From an uncultured delta proteobacterium (GTDB lineage Bacteria > Desulfobacterota > Binatia > DP-6), in assembly GCA_963815115.1 (NCBI GenBank), contig CAWFFN010000009.1, positions 1,824,001-1,888,000 on the forward strand: a DNA stretch of 64,000 bases. The letters run 5' to 3'. The stretch's first letter is position 1; the number at the start of each line of letters is the position of its first letter. Made by a program: the position numbers and the translations under genes. Below, piece by piece: positions 44,219 through 54,012 of this stretch. The notes beneath the pieces were generated by a model, which was not told where the DNA came from, made no database searches, and was given only the letters and a program-made list of their open reading frames with translations.

Positions 44219-45333
44219 GTCTCCTCGTACAACCGCGCCGCGGCCCGCAGGTCACGTTCCACCCGCTCGCGCAGCGCGGCCGGCCGCAGGACCTTCACGT
44301 GCGGCCCGAAGCCCAGCACCCAGTTGGCCAGCTCCTCGGTTCCGCGCGCACGCATGGTGAGCAGCGTGGTGCCATCCTTCCGCTTCTGGAAGCGCTCCTC
44401 CAGGTTCAGGCGCCGGGCGCGCACCAGCGCCGCGGTCGCCGGGTCCATGAGCAGGAGCTCGACGCGTGTCTCCTCGCCGCGCATGATGCCGAAGACTCCC
44501 TGGAGGTGACGGCGCGGCGAGTAGCGTGCGGGATATTCGAAGCGCTCCGCCGTCAGCTCGACCGACCGGATGCGCTCGACCGCGAGGGTGATGATCTCGC
44601 CGTGGCGATCGCTGTGCCCGATCAGGTAGAGGCCGCCTCGATAGACGGCCAGCGTGTACGGGTCGAAGGCGTGAACCCGCGGCGCGCCGCCCGTCCCGGC
44701 GTACTCGACGCGCAGCCGGCGCTGCTTGATGAGGCCGTTCAGGATGCGGTCGACGGCGTCTTCGAGGTGGCGGTAGTGCTTCTCGATGAAGGGGATCGCG
44801 TGAAACTTGTCTCCGAGGGCTTCCAGCCGCGGCCGGTCCTCGGCACGGGCGCCCGATTCGAGCCGCTCGCAGGCGTCGTCCAGCAGCTGCTCCAGGACGG
44901 TTCCGCCCGCGAATGACAGCAGCGCGCGGGCGAGCCGGAGCGCCGCCACCTGGAAGACGGTCGATTCCCGATCCGGAGCACGCTGGACCAGGTGGATCAT
45001 GCGCCGGCCGCCCTGGCGGACGATCTCGATCCGGGGCCGTCCTGCCCGATCCGTGATGAAGTCGGTGCAGGCCTTCACGTAGCGCTCGACCGAGCGCTCC
45101 GAGACGTCGAGGTCGGCGGCGGCGGCCTCGAGGCTCCAGCCCAGGGGGCGATTGTACAGGCCGTCGACCAGCTGCGCGCAGCGCACGGCCGAGGCATGGG
45201 TCGCGGCGCCGCGCCTATCCCCAAGCGCCAGCAGGCGTTTCGGCGTGCGGACATCCGACAACGGTTGTCGCGGCACGGCGGTATCAAAGAGGAGTGCGAA
45301 GCGAGACGCAAGCCGAGGAAGGAGTCCACGCAT
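44215..45333 (-). CDS. HTH-WYL-WCX transcriptional regulator (true start probably near 45186-45230)
   Basis: HTH LDVSERSVERY, WYL core FDPYTLAVYRGGLYLIG...LAVERI, WCX WVLGFGPHVKVLRP. Confidence 0.9.
   Translation of the reverse strand: MRGLLPRLASRFALLFDTAVPRQPLSDVRTPKRLLALGDRRGAATHASAVRCAQLVDGLYNRPLGWSLEAAAADLDVSERSVERYVKACTDFITDRAGRPRIEIVRQGGRRMIHLVQRAPDRESTVFQVAALRLARALLSFAGGTVLEQLLDDACERLESGARAEDRPRLEALGDKFHAIPFIEKHYRHLEDAVDRILNGLIKQRRLRVEYAGTGGAPRVHAFDPYTLAVYRGGLYLIGHSDRHGEIITLAVERIRSVELTAERFEYPARYSPRRHLQGVFGIMRGEETRVELLLMDPATAALVRARRLNLEERFQKRKDGTTLLTMRARGTEELANWVLGFGPHVKVLRPAALRERVERDLRAAARLYEET
45256..45287 (+). promoter_or_regulatory. Palindromic WYL operator with PafBC-like promoter spacing
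   Basis: CGACAAC-G-GTTGTCG; TGTCGC-N10-TATCAA. Confidence 0.55.
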
Positions 45334-45511
45334 GAGCGGGGTGGTACACGCCCTCCGTCCGAGGGCACCCGAAGGGGGGCACCGTCGCCTCCGCCGCCCG
45401 GAGACGCCGGCGGCGCGACAGCAGCGGCGCCTGCGTCACCTCGATCGGATGAGGCAGTGGTACGCCACCCAGCTTCGCGGCGGAAAGCGAGACGACCATG
45501 TCACCGAATGA
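45332..45511 (+). CDS. Small Arg-rich ORF (59 aa)
   Basis: GGAAGGAG RBS 7 nt before the ATG; overlaps the DUF2130 start. Confidence 0.45.
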   Translation: MSGVVHALRPRAPEGGHRRLRRPETPAARQQRRLRHLDRMRQWYATQLRGGKRDDHVTE

Positions 45512-46463
45512 GCACTGTCCGCTGTGCGGGCACGCGATCACGTCCGAGGAGCTGGCGGCGATCGAGACCCGGGTCCGCGAGGAGGAGCGTGCCCGCCAGC
45601 TGGCGAGCGAGGAAAAGGTCCGGCGCGAGCTGCGCGAGGAGCACGAGCGCGAGCTGGCGGCGCTGGCCGCGAGCCAGCGCGAGGCCCTGCAGGCGGACCA
45701 CGACCGGGCGCTGCTGAAGGCCCGGGCCGAGGCCAACCGCGAGAACGAGCGCCTCCAGAAGAAGACGAAGGAGCTCCAGCGCGCCCTCGAGAAGAAGACG
45801 GCGAACGACCTCGGCGACGGCCAGGAGCGGGACATCGAGGCCGACCTTCGCAGCGCGTTCATGCCCCCCGGCGGCGAGGACGCCATCCAGCGGGTCGCGC
45901 GCGGCGAGCTCGGCGCCGACATCCTGCACGACGTCCGCTACAAGGGCGTGACCTGCGGCCGGATCGTCTACGACTCCAAGAACCACAAGGCGTGGCGCAC
46001 CGACTTCGTGACCAAGCTCCGGCAGGACAGGGCACGGCACGACGCCGCGGCCGCCGTGCTCGTCACGACCGCCTTTCCCTCCGGCACGCGCTACTTCTGC
46101 GTCGACGGCGACGTCTGCATCGTCCACCCCGACGCCGTCGTCCACATCGCCGGCGTGCTGCGCCGGAGCCTGATCGCGCTCCACCGGCAAGGGCTCTCGC
46201 TGCAGGCCCGATCCGGCAAGATGGCCGCCCTCTACAGGTACCTCGCCTCGGGCGACTTCGCGGACCAGATCCGGACCGCCGAGACCCTGGTCGCCGACCT
46301 CCGCACACTCGACGCCCGCGAGCGCGACGCGCACGACAAGGTCTGGAAGGAGCGCGAGCGGCTGGTCACGCGCACGAAGGCGGCGATCGACGAGATCGAC
46401 ACCCAGATCACGGGTGTGATGGAGCGGGAGGACGGGGCGGAGCGGGAGGCGGCGGCGGGTTGA
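45498..46463 (+). CDS. DUF2130 domain protein
   Basis: CPLCG knuckle, long coiled coil, GDGQE...GADILH...IVYDSKN...W...KLRQD, LYRYLASGDF. Confidence 0.85.
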   Translation: MSPNEHCPLCGHAITSEELAAIETRVREEERARQLASEEKVRRELREEHERELAALAASQREALQADHDRALLKARAEANRENERLQKKTKELQRALEKKTANDLGDGQERDIEADLRSAFMPPGGEDAIQRVARGELGADILHDVRYKGVTCGRIVYDSKNHKAWRTDFVTKLRQDRARHDAAAAVLVTTAFPSGTRYFCVDGDVCIVHPDAVVHIAGVLRRSLIALHRQGLSLQARSGKMAALYRYLASGDFADQIRTAETLVADLRTLDARERDAHDKVWKERERLVTRTKAAIDEIDTQITGVMEREDGAEREAAAG

Positions 46464-46509
46464 GGGGGGACGGGCGAGGTGGTGCCCTTCTCATGACCCA
46501 CGAGAGGAG

Positions 46510-46623
46510 CCGCCTGTCGGGTTGCAGCTGGTGACGCGCCCGCGAGACGACGGCGGGCTGCTGCGTGCCGCCGCCAACTTCGAGCGCGCCCGACCCTGGG
46601 CGGATCGTCGTCCCGTGCCGTGA
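46510..46623 (+). pseudogene. 3' remnant of an amidase gene
   Basis: PVGLQLVTRPRDDGGLLRAAANFERARPWADRRP*, compared with LPVGAQLV...[14 protein letters not shown] at the end of the amidase at 80-1522. Confidence 0.7.
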
Positions 46624-46674
46624 GCCGCCGTGCCCCCGAAGGCGGCGCCGTCGGAGAGCCGCCCAGGACCGAAG

Positions 46675-47181
46675 TCAAGGTCCGGACGCGGGACCGATCG
46701 TCCTTCTCAGGTACGCCGCGACGTCCGTCACGAAGCGGTGGACGGAAGCTTCCGCGATGCGATGACCGACGAGCGAGTCCATGGCGCTGCCCAGCAAGCC
46801 GAGCGGTGGCTCGTAGCGACCAGAGAAGTCGAGCTGAGTCTCGGTCGCGGTCAACGGGTAGATCGCGAGCTCCGCCCGCATGAACGGAAACAGGTGCGGT
46901 CGTTGGGCGGCCGTCCAGTCGAGCTGCAGGCAGGTCCGCGCCGGGGAAGTTGGCCCTCGCGGGTGTTCCTCGATCTCGTGGACCGAGATGTCGATCTCGG
47001 TGCCCATCTCGATGCCGCCGACGTCCACCCTGAGCTGCGACGCGACGGAGTGCGCGCGCGAGGCGGCCGCATGCGTCGCGGAGCGGAAGACCTCAGGGGC
47101 ATTCGCGGTCAGCGCATCGCGGACCTGCGCGTAGGGGTGGTTCACGTATTCGAAGCAGTGAATCGCTCGACCTTTGGTCAT
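46675..47181 (-). CDS. Hypothetical protein (possibly SRPBCC/START-like)
   Basis: 168-aa ORF; FPFMRAEL and GRYEPPLGLLG...D..VGHRIAEASV pattern. Confidence 0.65.
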   Translation of the reverse strand: MTKGRAIHCFEYVNHPYAQVRDALTANAPEVFRSATHAAASRAHSVASQLRVDVGGIEMGTEIDISVHEIEEHPRGPTSPARTCLQLDWTAAQRPHLFPFMRAELAIYPLTATETQLDFSGRYEPPLGLLGSAMDSLVGHRIAEASVHRFVTDVAAYLRRTIGPASGP

Positions 47182-47496
47182 CGGCTGCTCACGGGTTCGT
47201 CGCCGGAGTCCTGGTCCGGGCGAGCTGGGCGAACGCCTCGTCGACCATGCGCGGCATGCTCGACCTCCAGGGCTTCTCATGACAAGGGTCGGCGAGGGAA
47301 GCAACGGTGTCGTCGCCGGCGCCACGGCGGGGTCCTGACCGTTTCCGTCGATGGTCTGCACCCCGCCTGTTCGAGCGGCGGAGGGTCGCGAGTCGTTCCG
47401 GTGCCGGTGGCCGCCGAGCCGTAGGCCATTTCGATCGACATCCGTCACACCGTTCGGGTAAGCTCCATCTTCCATCGATCGCGGAGGACCTACCAA

Positions 47497-49491
47497 ATGA
47501 ACGTCCGCTCAGCTTCTCTCCCCCTGCTGCTCCTGCTGTCCGCCTCGCGCGGCTTCGCCGGAGTCTGCACCACCGGCCCGACCGACCCCGCCAGCCTCGG
47601 CATCGACCTCTCCCAGCAGGCGTTCTGCGACCCGCTGGTGCCGGAGCAGTGCATGCTGCCCTTCCCCAACGACTACTTCACCGTCGCCGATGCCAGCTCC
47701 AAGACGCGGCGGCGCATCCACTTCACGCCCCAGGGCCTGCCGAAGAACGACGCGGCCGTCCCGCTGGACTCCACCGAGCTCAACCGGTCCGACGGCTTCA
47801 GCCCGGGCGCGGCCCTGCTGTTCTGGATGCCGGCCGCCGACCTGGTGCGCTCGAACGCCCCGGCCATCAACGACATCGGACGGTCCCTCGAGCCCGGCTC
47901 GCCCATCGTCATCGTCGACGCGCGCAGCGGCAAGCGCGTGCCGCTGTGGGCCGAGCGCGACCTGCTGTCGGCGCCGGGAAGCCAGTCGCTGATCGTGCGA
48001 CCGGCGATCGACTACACCGACGGGCGCCGGTACGTCGTCGCCATCCGCAGCCTCGTCGACGCCGACGGGAATGCGATACCGCCGTCGCCCGCCTTCGCCG
48101 CGTACCGCGACGGGACCTGCACGACGGACGCGACCTTCGAATCCCGCCGTCCGGCGATGGAGGAGGTCTTCCGTACTCTGGGTAAGGCCGGAATCGATCG
48201 CGGCGGTCTCCAGCTGGCGTGGGACTTCACGGTCGCCAGCACGCAGAGCACCACTGGCCGGATGCTCAAGATCCGCGACGACGCCTTCAAGGCGCTCGGC
48301 AGCAAGGCGCCCACGTTCACCATCACCTCGGTGCAGGAGAACCCGTCGCCGCAATTCCGCCGCCGGGTCCAGGGGACGTTCGAGGTCCCGCTCTACCTCA
48401 CCGGCGACGGCAGCCCCGGCCAGCGCTTCGCGCTCGGTCCCGACGGGCTTCCGCAGCGCCAGCCGCTTCCGTTCACGGCGACCTTCACGTGCAACCTGCC
48501 GAACAGCGCGATTCCCGGGCCGGCGCGCATGAGCATGTACGGTCACGGACTCCTCGGGGACCAGAGCGAGGTCAACGGCTCGCTCGTCCGTCCCATGGCC
48601 GCCACCTACAACGTCGCCTACTGCGCCACCGACTGGATCGGCATGGCGGAGGAGGACATCGGCAACGCCATCGCCGTCCTGCAGGACCTCTCGCAGTTTC
48701 CGAGCCTGGCCGACCGGCTCCAGCAGGGACTCCTCAACTTCCTCTTCCTCGGCCGGCTGATGAAGCACCCCGATGGCTTCGCCAGCAACGACGCCTTCAC
48801 GATCGACGGCGCGCCCGCGCTCAACACCAAGGAGCTGTACTTCGACGGCAACAGTCAGGGCGCCATCCTCGGCGGCTCCCTGTGCGCGGTGGCCCGTGAC
48901 TTCCGCCGGTGCGTCCTCGCCGAGGCCGGCATGAACTACTCGACCCTGCTGAACCGCAGCGTCGATTTCGACCTCTACAAGCTCGTGCTCGACGGGAGCT
49001 ATCCGGATCCGTTCACCCAGCTGCTCTCGCTCAACATCGTCCAGATGCTGTGGGATCGCGGTGAGACCAACGGGTACGCCCAGCACCTGACCCGCAAGTC
49101 TCTCCCGCACACGCCGCAGCACACCATCCTGCTGCTCGGCGCCGTCGGCGACCATCAGGTGAGCGAGTTCGCGCTCCAGGTCGAGGCCCGCACCATCGGT
49201 GCCTACGGTCACGTCCCCTACGTCGCGTCCGGCCGCGAGTTCGGCGGCGAGCACGGCTTCGGCATCCCGCCGCTCCCGCCGTCCTCGTGGCCGCGTTCGG
49301 CCTACTTCCTGTTCGACACCGGCTCCCCGCTCTCGCCGCTGGAGAATCGCCCGCCGCGCGACGGTCACGATCCGCACGACGACACCCCGAAGATCCAGGC
49401 GGCGCAGCAGCTGAAGGACATGTTCTGGAGGCCGCGGGGGTTCGTCAACGACGTGTGCAACGGAGGGCCGTGCACCGGGCCGCAGTTCTGA
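47497..49491 (+). CDS. Secreted alpha/beta hydrolase with N-terminal Ig-like/lipase-associated domain
   Basis: Signal peptide, PFPND, DGFSP, YGHGLLG, GNSQG nucleophile elbow, GDHQV, DPH. Confidence 0.82.
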   Translation: MNVRSASLPLLLLLSASRGFAGVCTTGPTDPASLGIDLSQQAFCDPLVPEQCMLPFPNDYFTVADASSKTRRRIHFTPQGLPKNDAAVPLDSTELNRSDGFSPGAALLFWMPAADLVRSNAPAINDIGRSLEPGSPIVIVDARSGKRVPLWAERDLLSAPGSQSLIVRPAIDYTDGRRYVVAIRSLVDADGNAIPPSPAFAAYRDGTCTTDATFESRRPAMEEVFRTLGKAGIDRGGLQLAWDFTVASTQSTTGRMLKIRDDAFKALGSKAPTFTITSVQENPSPQFRRRVQGTFEVPLYLTGDGSPGQRFALGPDGLPQRQPLPFTATFTCNLPNSAIPGPARMSMYGHGLLGDQSEVNGSLVRPMAATYNVAYCATDWIGMAEEDIGNAIAVLQDLSQFPSLADRLQQGLLNFLFLGRLMKHPDGFASNDAFTIDGAPALNTKELYFDGNSQGAILGGSLCAVARDFRRCVLAEAGMNYSTLLNRSVDFDLYKLVLDGSYPDPFTQLLSLNIVQMLWDRGETNGYAQHLTRKSLPHTPQHTILLLGAVGDHQVSEFALQVEARTIGAYGHVPYVASGREFGGEHGFGIPPLPPSSWPRSAYFLFDTGSPLSPLENRPPRDGHDPHDDTPKIQAAQQLKDMFWRPRGFVNDVCNGGPCTGPQF

Positions 49492-49828
49492 GGCGGGAGC
49501 GCGCCGTCCCGCTCGCCCATGCCAGCGACGCGATCGCGTACATGGCGAGCGGGAACGACTAGTGGAATCACACTGCCCGCGCGTTGGAGCGGTTCCGCGC
49601 ACGCCTGCGCGGCTGTGGACGAGGGATCGGTGGTCGTGAAGGCAGGAACGGCGATCGTCGCGGCAGTGAGCGCGACCAGCGCCCAGAACAGGATCGGCAA
49701 CGCGTGCTTCGGCTCGATCGAGTGATCCACGGTCGTCGAGCGTCGGTACGCCACCGCACGCCGCACCGGATCTGGCGGCGTGCGGCGGCGCCGGATCCCC
49801 GACTGCCGGACGTCACGGTGTGACGGGT

Positions 49829-52800
49829 TCAGACGATCCAGCGGACGGGACGTGACGAATCGCACAGGTAGATGCAGCGCGTCCCGGTCCGGATGCGGAC
49901 GAGCAGATGCTCGGCGAGCGCGGGCATCTGCGGCGAGATGCGGCGCAGCGCACCCCGGATCCGCTGCGTCACCGTCGAGCGCGCGCGCTCTGCAGCCGCC
50001 GGATCGGCACCGTCCAGGTCCGCGCCTTCGGCAGCGAGATCGAGCGCAAGAAGCGGCTCGCCGGCGCAGGCGAGCAACCGGGCCAGGTAGCGCAAACCCT
50101 TGGTGTCGCGCATGCGGGCGACCTGGCCATTCCAGCCGAGTGTCCACACCTCGCCGTCGCGCAGGAGGATGCCAGTGCTGGGCGCGACCTGCGGCGAGGA
50201 CGTCGCGACGTGCCCGGCCGGAGCGCGCCCGCGGGCGGCGAGCTCGAGTCCGACGGCGCGCTCGAGCACGACGGGCATGCCGAGCCTGTCGGCGATGTCC
50301 ACCGCCGCCGCCGCCAGGGTCGCGGCTCGCGACCGGTCGCCCGGGCCGTTGCGCGCGAGCAGCAGCTCCGCCCAGTGGCAGCGCGTGCGCGCCGTCCACG
50401 GCACGGCGCCGAGGCCCTCGTCGAATGCCAGCGCTGCCGCGAAGTGATGCTCCGCCTCGTCGACGCCCCCGAGCTCGCCCGCGAGGAGGCCGAGGTACGT
50501 CGCGCTGCATCCCCAGTAGGCGGCGAGGTGGCCCAGCACGACGGCGCGCGTACCGTACGGCGCCAGCCGTGCGTGCAGGACGCGTGCGGCGCCGGTGTCG
50601 TGCAGGAGCGCGCTGAGCTCGGCGAGCATCGTCACGGTCGGAAGAAGGAATCCGTCGGGGGCGAGCCGATCGAGGTCGCGGGCGACCAGTCGCCTGAGCG
50701 CCTCGCGTGCCTCCGGCACGCGTCCGATCTGGGCATGGAGGAGGGCGAGCCCCGCCTCGCACAGGAAGCGGCGGGGATGGGAATCGATCTGGAGGCCCAT
50801 CTGCGGCTCCATCTCCGCCAGCCGTCCCTGCTCCCGCCGCAGCACGCTGCGCTGGCCGAACACGACGCTCGCGACGTCGTGGTCGGGGCGCACGCGTCCC
50901 GCGAGCGCCGAGACCGTGTCGATGGCACGGTCGGCGTCGGCGAGCTGTCCCCGCATGAGCAGCTCGAACCCGCGCAGGATCGCCCTCCAGTACTCGACGT
51001 CGATCGGCAGCCGCTCGCCGAGTCGGGCGTCGTGCAGCAGACGGCGGGCACCGCGTAGATCGCCCTGCTCGACCAGGTCGACCAGCACCTGGAAGATCGC
51101 GGCGACCACCTTGTCGGGGTCGCCGAGCGCGCGTGCCGCGCGCAACGTTTCGCGCGCCAGCGCCTGGCGCTCCTGGAGATCGACGGAGCCGAGCAGACCC
51201 CAGTGCCGGCTGGTTCCCGCGGCCGCGATCGCGCTGCGATCCCCCGAGTCGCGCGCCAGGGCGAGCGCCTGCGCGCTGAGCGCGTCGTGGGCACCTGCGT
51301 CGCCCCCGGCGAGTCCCTCGAGGGCGAGCTTCGCGAGCACCCGGGCGCGCAACGCGGGAGCGCGATCGCCCAGCGTGTCGAGGGTCGCTTCGAGAAGTCT
51401 GACATGCTCGCGGTCGACACCGAGGCTCAGCGAGAACTGCCCGCCACGAAACTGCAGCGCGGCACGAACGAGAACATCGGGCAGGGCGAGGTGCGCCGCG
51501 AGATCGGCCGCTGCGAGGACCGCACGCCGCGCGGCCTCCGCATCTCCCGCCCGCGAACGTGCCTCGCCCAGCGCGAGGAGCAGCTCGGCCCGCTTCCTCG
51601 CGTCGACGGGCGGTGCCAGCTCGAGCGCGTCCAGGGCGCCGCCGAAGTGACGGCCGGCATCCTCCCATTCCCAGCGCGCGTTCGCCTGCGCCGCCGCGCG
51701 CTCCGACCAGGCAGCGGCCTGACCGGCGCAACCGATCGTCGCCGCGAGGAAGAAATGGCGCGCGATGGCTGCCGCAGGAGGGTCGGTCGCTTGCGTGTGG
51801 AGGGCGACGAGGGCCCCGGCGACGGCGTGGTGGAGGCGCGCTCGCGTGCGACCGTCGAGCTCGTCGTACAGCGCTTCCTGGATGAGACCGTGAGTGAATC
51901 TCCACCGTCCCGGCCGCCCGGGCCGCTCGTCCAGGATTCCCTCGCGCACCGCCTCGTCGAGGAGCGCGAGCACGTCGACGCTCGACGGCGCGACGACGCG
52001 CTCCACGACCGGCTGTGCGCACTCTTCTCCGATGACCGCGATCAGCCGCAGCAGACAGGTGCAATCGGGCGACACGTGCGCCAGGCGCCGGCGGGCGACG
52101 GCGCGCACGCCGTCGGGGATCACGGGCGCTCCGTCTTTCCGCCCGAGGAGCTCGATCAGCTCACCGATGAAGAACGGATTGCCCCCGCTCCGCCTCGCGA
52201 GGGCGGCGACGATCGAGGAATCCGCCGCACCACCCGCCGCGACGGCCACCCAGCTGGCGATGGCCGCTTCGTCGAGGCCGGCGAGGGGGATCCTGCGCGT
52301 GGCAGGTACCCGATGCATCGTGTCGGGGGACGCGAGCTCGCCCGTCCGGATCGTGCCGACGATCGCGAGCCGCGTTCCTTCGAGCCGTGCGGCCAACGAC
52401 CGGAGCAACGCGAGTGACCCCGGGTCCGTCGCGTGCAGGTCGTCGAGGACGATGAGCAGCGGACCCCGCGCTGCGGTCTCACAGACGCTCCGCACCCATT
52501 CGGCGGGATCGGGCGAGCCGGGTTCGGAGTCACGCGAGGGGTGTCCGGCTCGCAGCGCCGTCAATCCGCGCATCACCTGGAGCCACGGCCCGTACTCCGT
52601 CGGGTCATCCTCGACCGCCGAAGCCCACAGGACGTCGAATCCGCGGTCTCTGGCCGTCGCCGCCAGCGCCTGCGCCGTGCGCGTCTTGCCGATGCCGTCC
52701 TCGCCCGTGAGCAGGACGAGCCGTCCATCGCCTTCCGCGGCCGCTGCCAGCTCCGCTCGCAACGTCGCGAGCTCGCGCTCCCGACCCACGAACGGCCGCG

Positions 52801-52906
52801 CGGGGGCTGACGGGGCGAGCGGGGGTGGCACCGCGTGCAGCGCGGACACATCCTCGTCGCTCCAGGGCGTTCGAGCGCGCTCCGGGGCGAGTTCCGCCGT
52901 GTGCAT
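49829..52906 (-). CDS. STAND/AAA ATPase + TPR-like transcriptional regulator
   Basis: FVGRERE, GEDGIGKT, LDDLH, GGNPFF, C-terminal ERARSTVT...IRTG; start could be 53035. Confidence 0.85.
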   Translation of the reverse strand: MHTAELAPERARTPWSDEDVSALHAVPPPLAPSAPARPFVGRERELATLRAELAAAAEGDGRLVLLTGEDGIGKTRTAQALAATARDRGFDVLWASAVEDDPTEYGPWLQVMRGLTALRAGHPSRDSEPGSPDPAEWVRSVCETAARGPLLIVLDDLHATDPGSLALLRSLAARLEGTRLAIVGTIRTGELASPDTMHRVPATRRIPLAGLDEAAIASWVAVAAGGAADSSIVAALARRSGGNPFFIGELIELLGRKDGAPVIPDGVRAVARRRLAHVSPDCTCLLRLIAVIGEECAQPVVERVVAPSSVDVLALLDEAVREGILDERPGRPGRWRFTHGLIQEALYDELDGRTRARLHHAVAGALVALHTQATDPPAAAIARHFFLAATIGCAGQAAAWSERAAAQANARWEWEDAGRHFGGALDALELAPPVDARKRAELLLALGEARSRAGDAEAARRAVLAAADLAAHLALPDVLVRAALQFRGGQFSLSLGVDREHVRLLEATLDTLGDRAPALRARVLAKLALEGLAGGDAGAHDALSAQALALARDSGDRSAIAAAGTSRHWGLLGSVDLQERQALARETLRAARALGDPDKVVAAIFQVLVDLVEQGDLRGARRLLHDARLGERLPIDVEYWRAILRGFELLMRGQLADADRAIDTVSALAGRVRPDHDVASVVFGQRSVLRREQGRLAEMEPQMGLQIDSHPRRFLCEAGLALLHAQIGRVPEAREALRRLVARDLDRLAPDGFLLPTVTMLAELSALLHDTGAARVLHARLAPYGTRAVVLGHLAAYWGCSATYLGLLAGELGGVDEAEHHFAAALAFDEGLGAVPWTARTRCHWAELLLARNGPGDRSRAATLAAAAVDIADRLGMPVVLERAVGLELAARGRAPAGHVATSSPQVAPSTGILLRDGEVWTLGWNGQVARMRDTKGLRYLARLLACAGEPLLALDLAAEGADLDGADPAAAERARSTVTQRIRGALRRISPQMPALAEHLLVRIRTGTRCIYLCDSSRPVRWIV

Positions 52907-53367
52907 GTTGCCCTTCGGCGGTACGACGGCAGGAGACGCTTCGGATCTGTGAGCGGACGGACCTGGCGATGCTGAGTGCCGGGCGGCGGCGCGGACCGCG
53001 CTCCCCCTACGCGGCCGCGCCGGGCCGCCCGTCACGGCTCGCCGAGATGCAACGCATGCCCCCGAGATCGGGCGCGTCCGTCCCCCTCCGGCGGGAGCTC
53101 GTGCTGCGCGACGACGCCGCGACGGAGGCGGCGCTCGGAGCTACCCCACGGACGCGCGTGCCGGTCGGATGACGATCGCATGTTCCTCCGTACGCGACCC
53201 CGCTGAGACGCAGATGGGCGAGGACAGGGCGCGATTCGCGCCGCTCAGTCGAACCCGACTCGCCCGTGTCACGAATGGGTCCCGAGAGGCGGGGACATCA
53301 CGTCGTGACGCCGCGGGGCCGCTCTGGCAGGGGTCCGTTGGAGGGCGTCGGACGTGGCGCACCGGAC

Positions 53368-53394
53368 AGATCTGGTTGCCGACAAACCGTCGTA
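53368..53394 (+). promoter_or_regulatory. Putative ECF autoregulatory promoter
   Basis: AGATCT-N17-CGTA, same register as the promoter at 55686-55712. Confidence 0.45.
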
Positions 53395-53415
53395 GTGGTC
53401 TATAGAAGGGCAATC

Positions 53416-54012
53416 GTGGAGGCGAAGCAGGTTCTGGTCCTCCAGCCGCAACCGGACGATCTCGCGAGCCTCATCGCGCGGACGGCCCGCGGCGATGAGG
53501 TCGCGCTGGCGGACCTCTATGACCAGACGTGTGCGACGGTCTACGGGCTCGCCCTCCGCATTGCCCGGGACCGCCCGACGGCGGAAGAGGTGACTGCGGA
53601 CGTGTATCTGCAGGTGTGGCGGCAGGCCGCGCGATTCGACCCCGCGAGGGGGACGCCGCTCTCCTGGTTGCTCGTGCTGACGCGCAGCCGCGCCATCGAG
53701 CAGCTGCGCGCCCGTGCCCGGCAGCTCGAGGAGCCCGGACATATGGACGAGATGCCGGAGAGGGCGGAGGAGGGACCCGGCCCGGAGGAGCAGTCCGCGG
53801 CGGCGCAGCGCCGTCGCCTCGTCCGCCGCGCGCTGATGGAGCTCCCGCACGAGCAGCACCAGGTGATCGAGCGGGCGTACTTCCTCGGCCTGAGCCACGC
53901 CGAGATCGCCGTGATGCTCGGCGAGCCGCTCGGTACCGTGAAGACGCGTATCCGTCTCGCGATGGTCCGCCTGCGCTCGGCGCTCGCGATGGTGCGTGAG
54001 GGGGCTCTCTGA
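53416..54012 (+). CDS. ECF sigma-70 factor (SigK-like)
   Basis: ALADLYD, AEEVTADVYLQVW, LSHAEIA...PLGTVKTRIR. Confidence 0.92.
   Translation: MEAKQVLVLQPQPDDLASLIARTARGDEVALADLYDQTCATVYGLALRIARDRPTAEEVTADVYLQVWRQAARFDPARGTPLSWLLVLTRSRAIEQLRARARQLEEPGHMDEMPERAEEGPGPEEQSAAAQRRRLVRRALMELPHEQHQVIERAYFLGLSHAEIAVMLGEPLGTVKTRIRLAMVRLRSALAMVREGAL

Larger units (their letters stand above)
42055..46505. mobile_element. Putative decayed accessory islet (no integrase seen)
   Basis: AT-rich left edge with a 12-bp-spaced ACACCAGA repeat, a lower-GC first gene, WYL and DUF2130 cargo, and an amidase 3' remnant at the right edge. Confidence 0.3.

Noticed and set aside
49365-49730. Short hydrophobic minus-strand ORF (VDHSIEPKHALPILFW...)
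   Set aside because: It runs into the convergent hydrolase gene and has no clear RBS or motif; support is insufficient.
53032-53181. 49-aa RBS-led ORF upstream of the STAND regulator
   Set aside because: It has a GGAGG and a GTGA overlap but no recognisable sequence features, so it cannot be supported as a gene.
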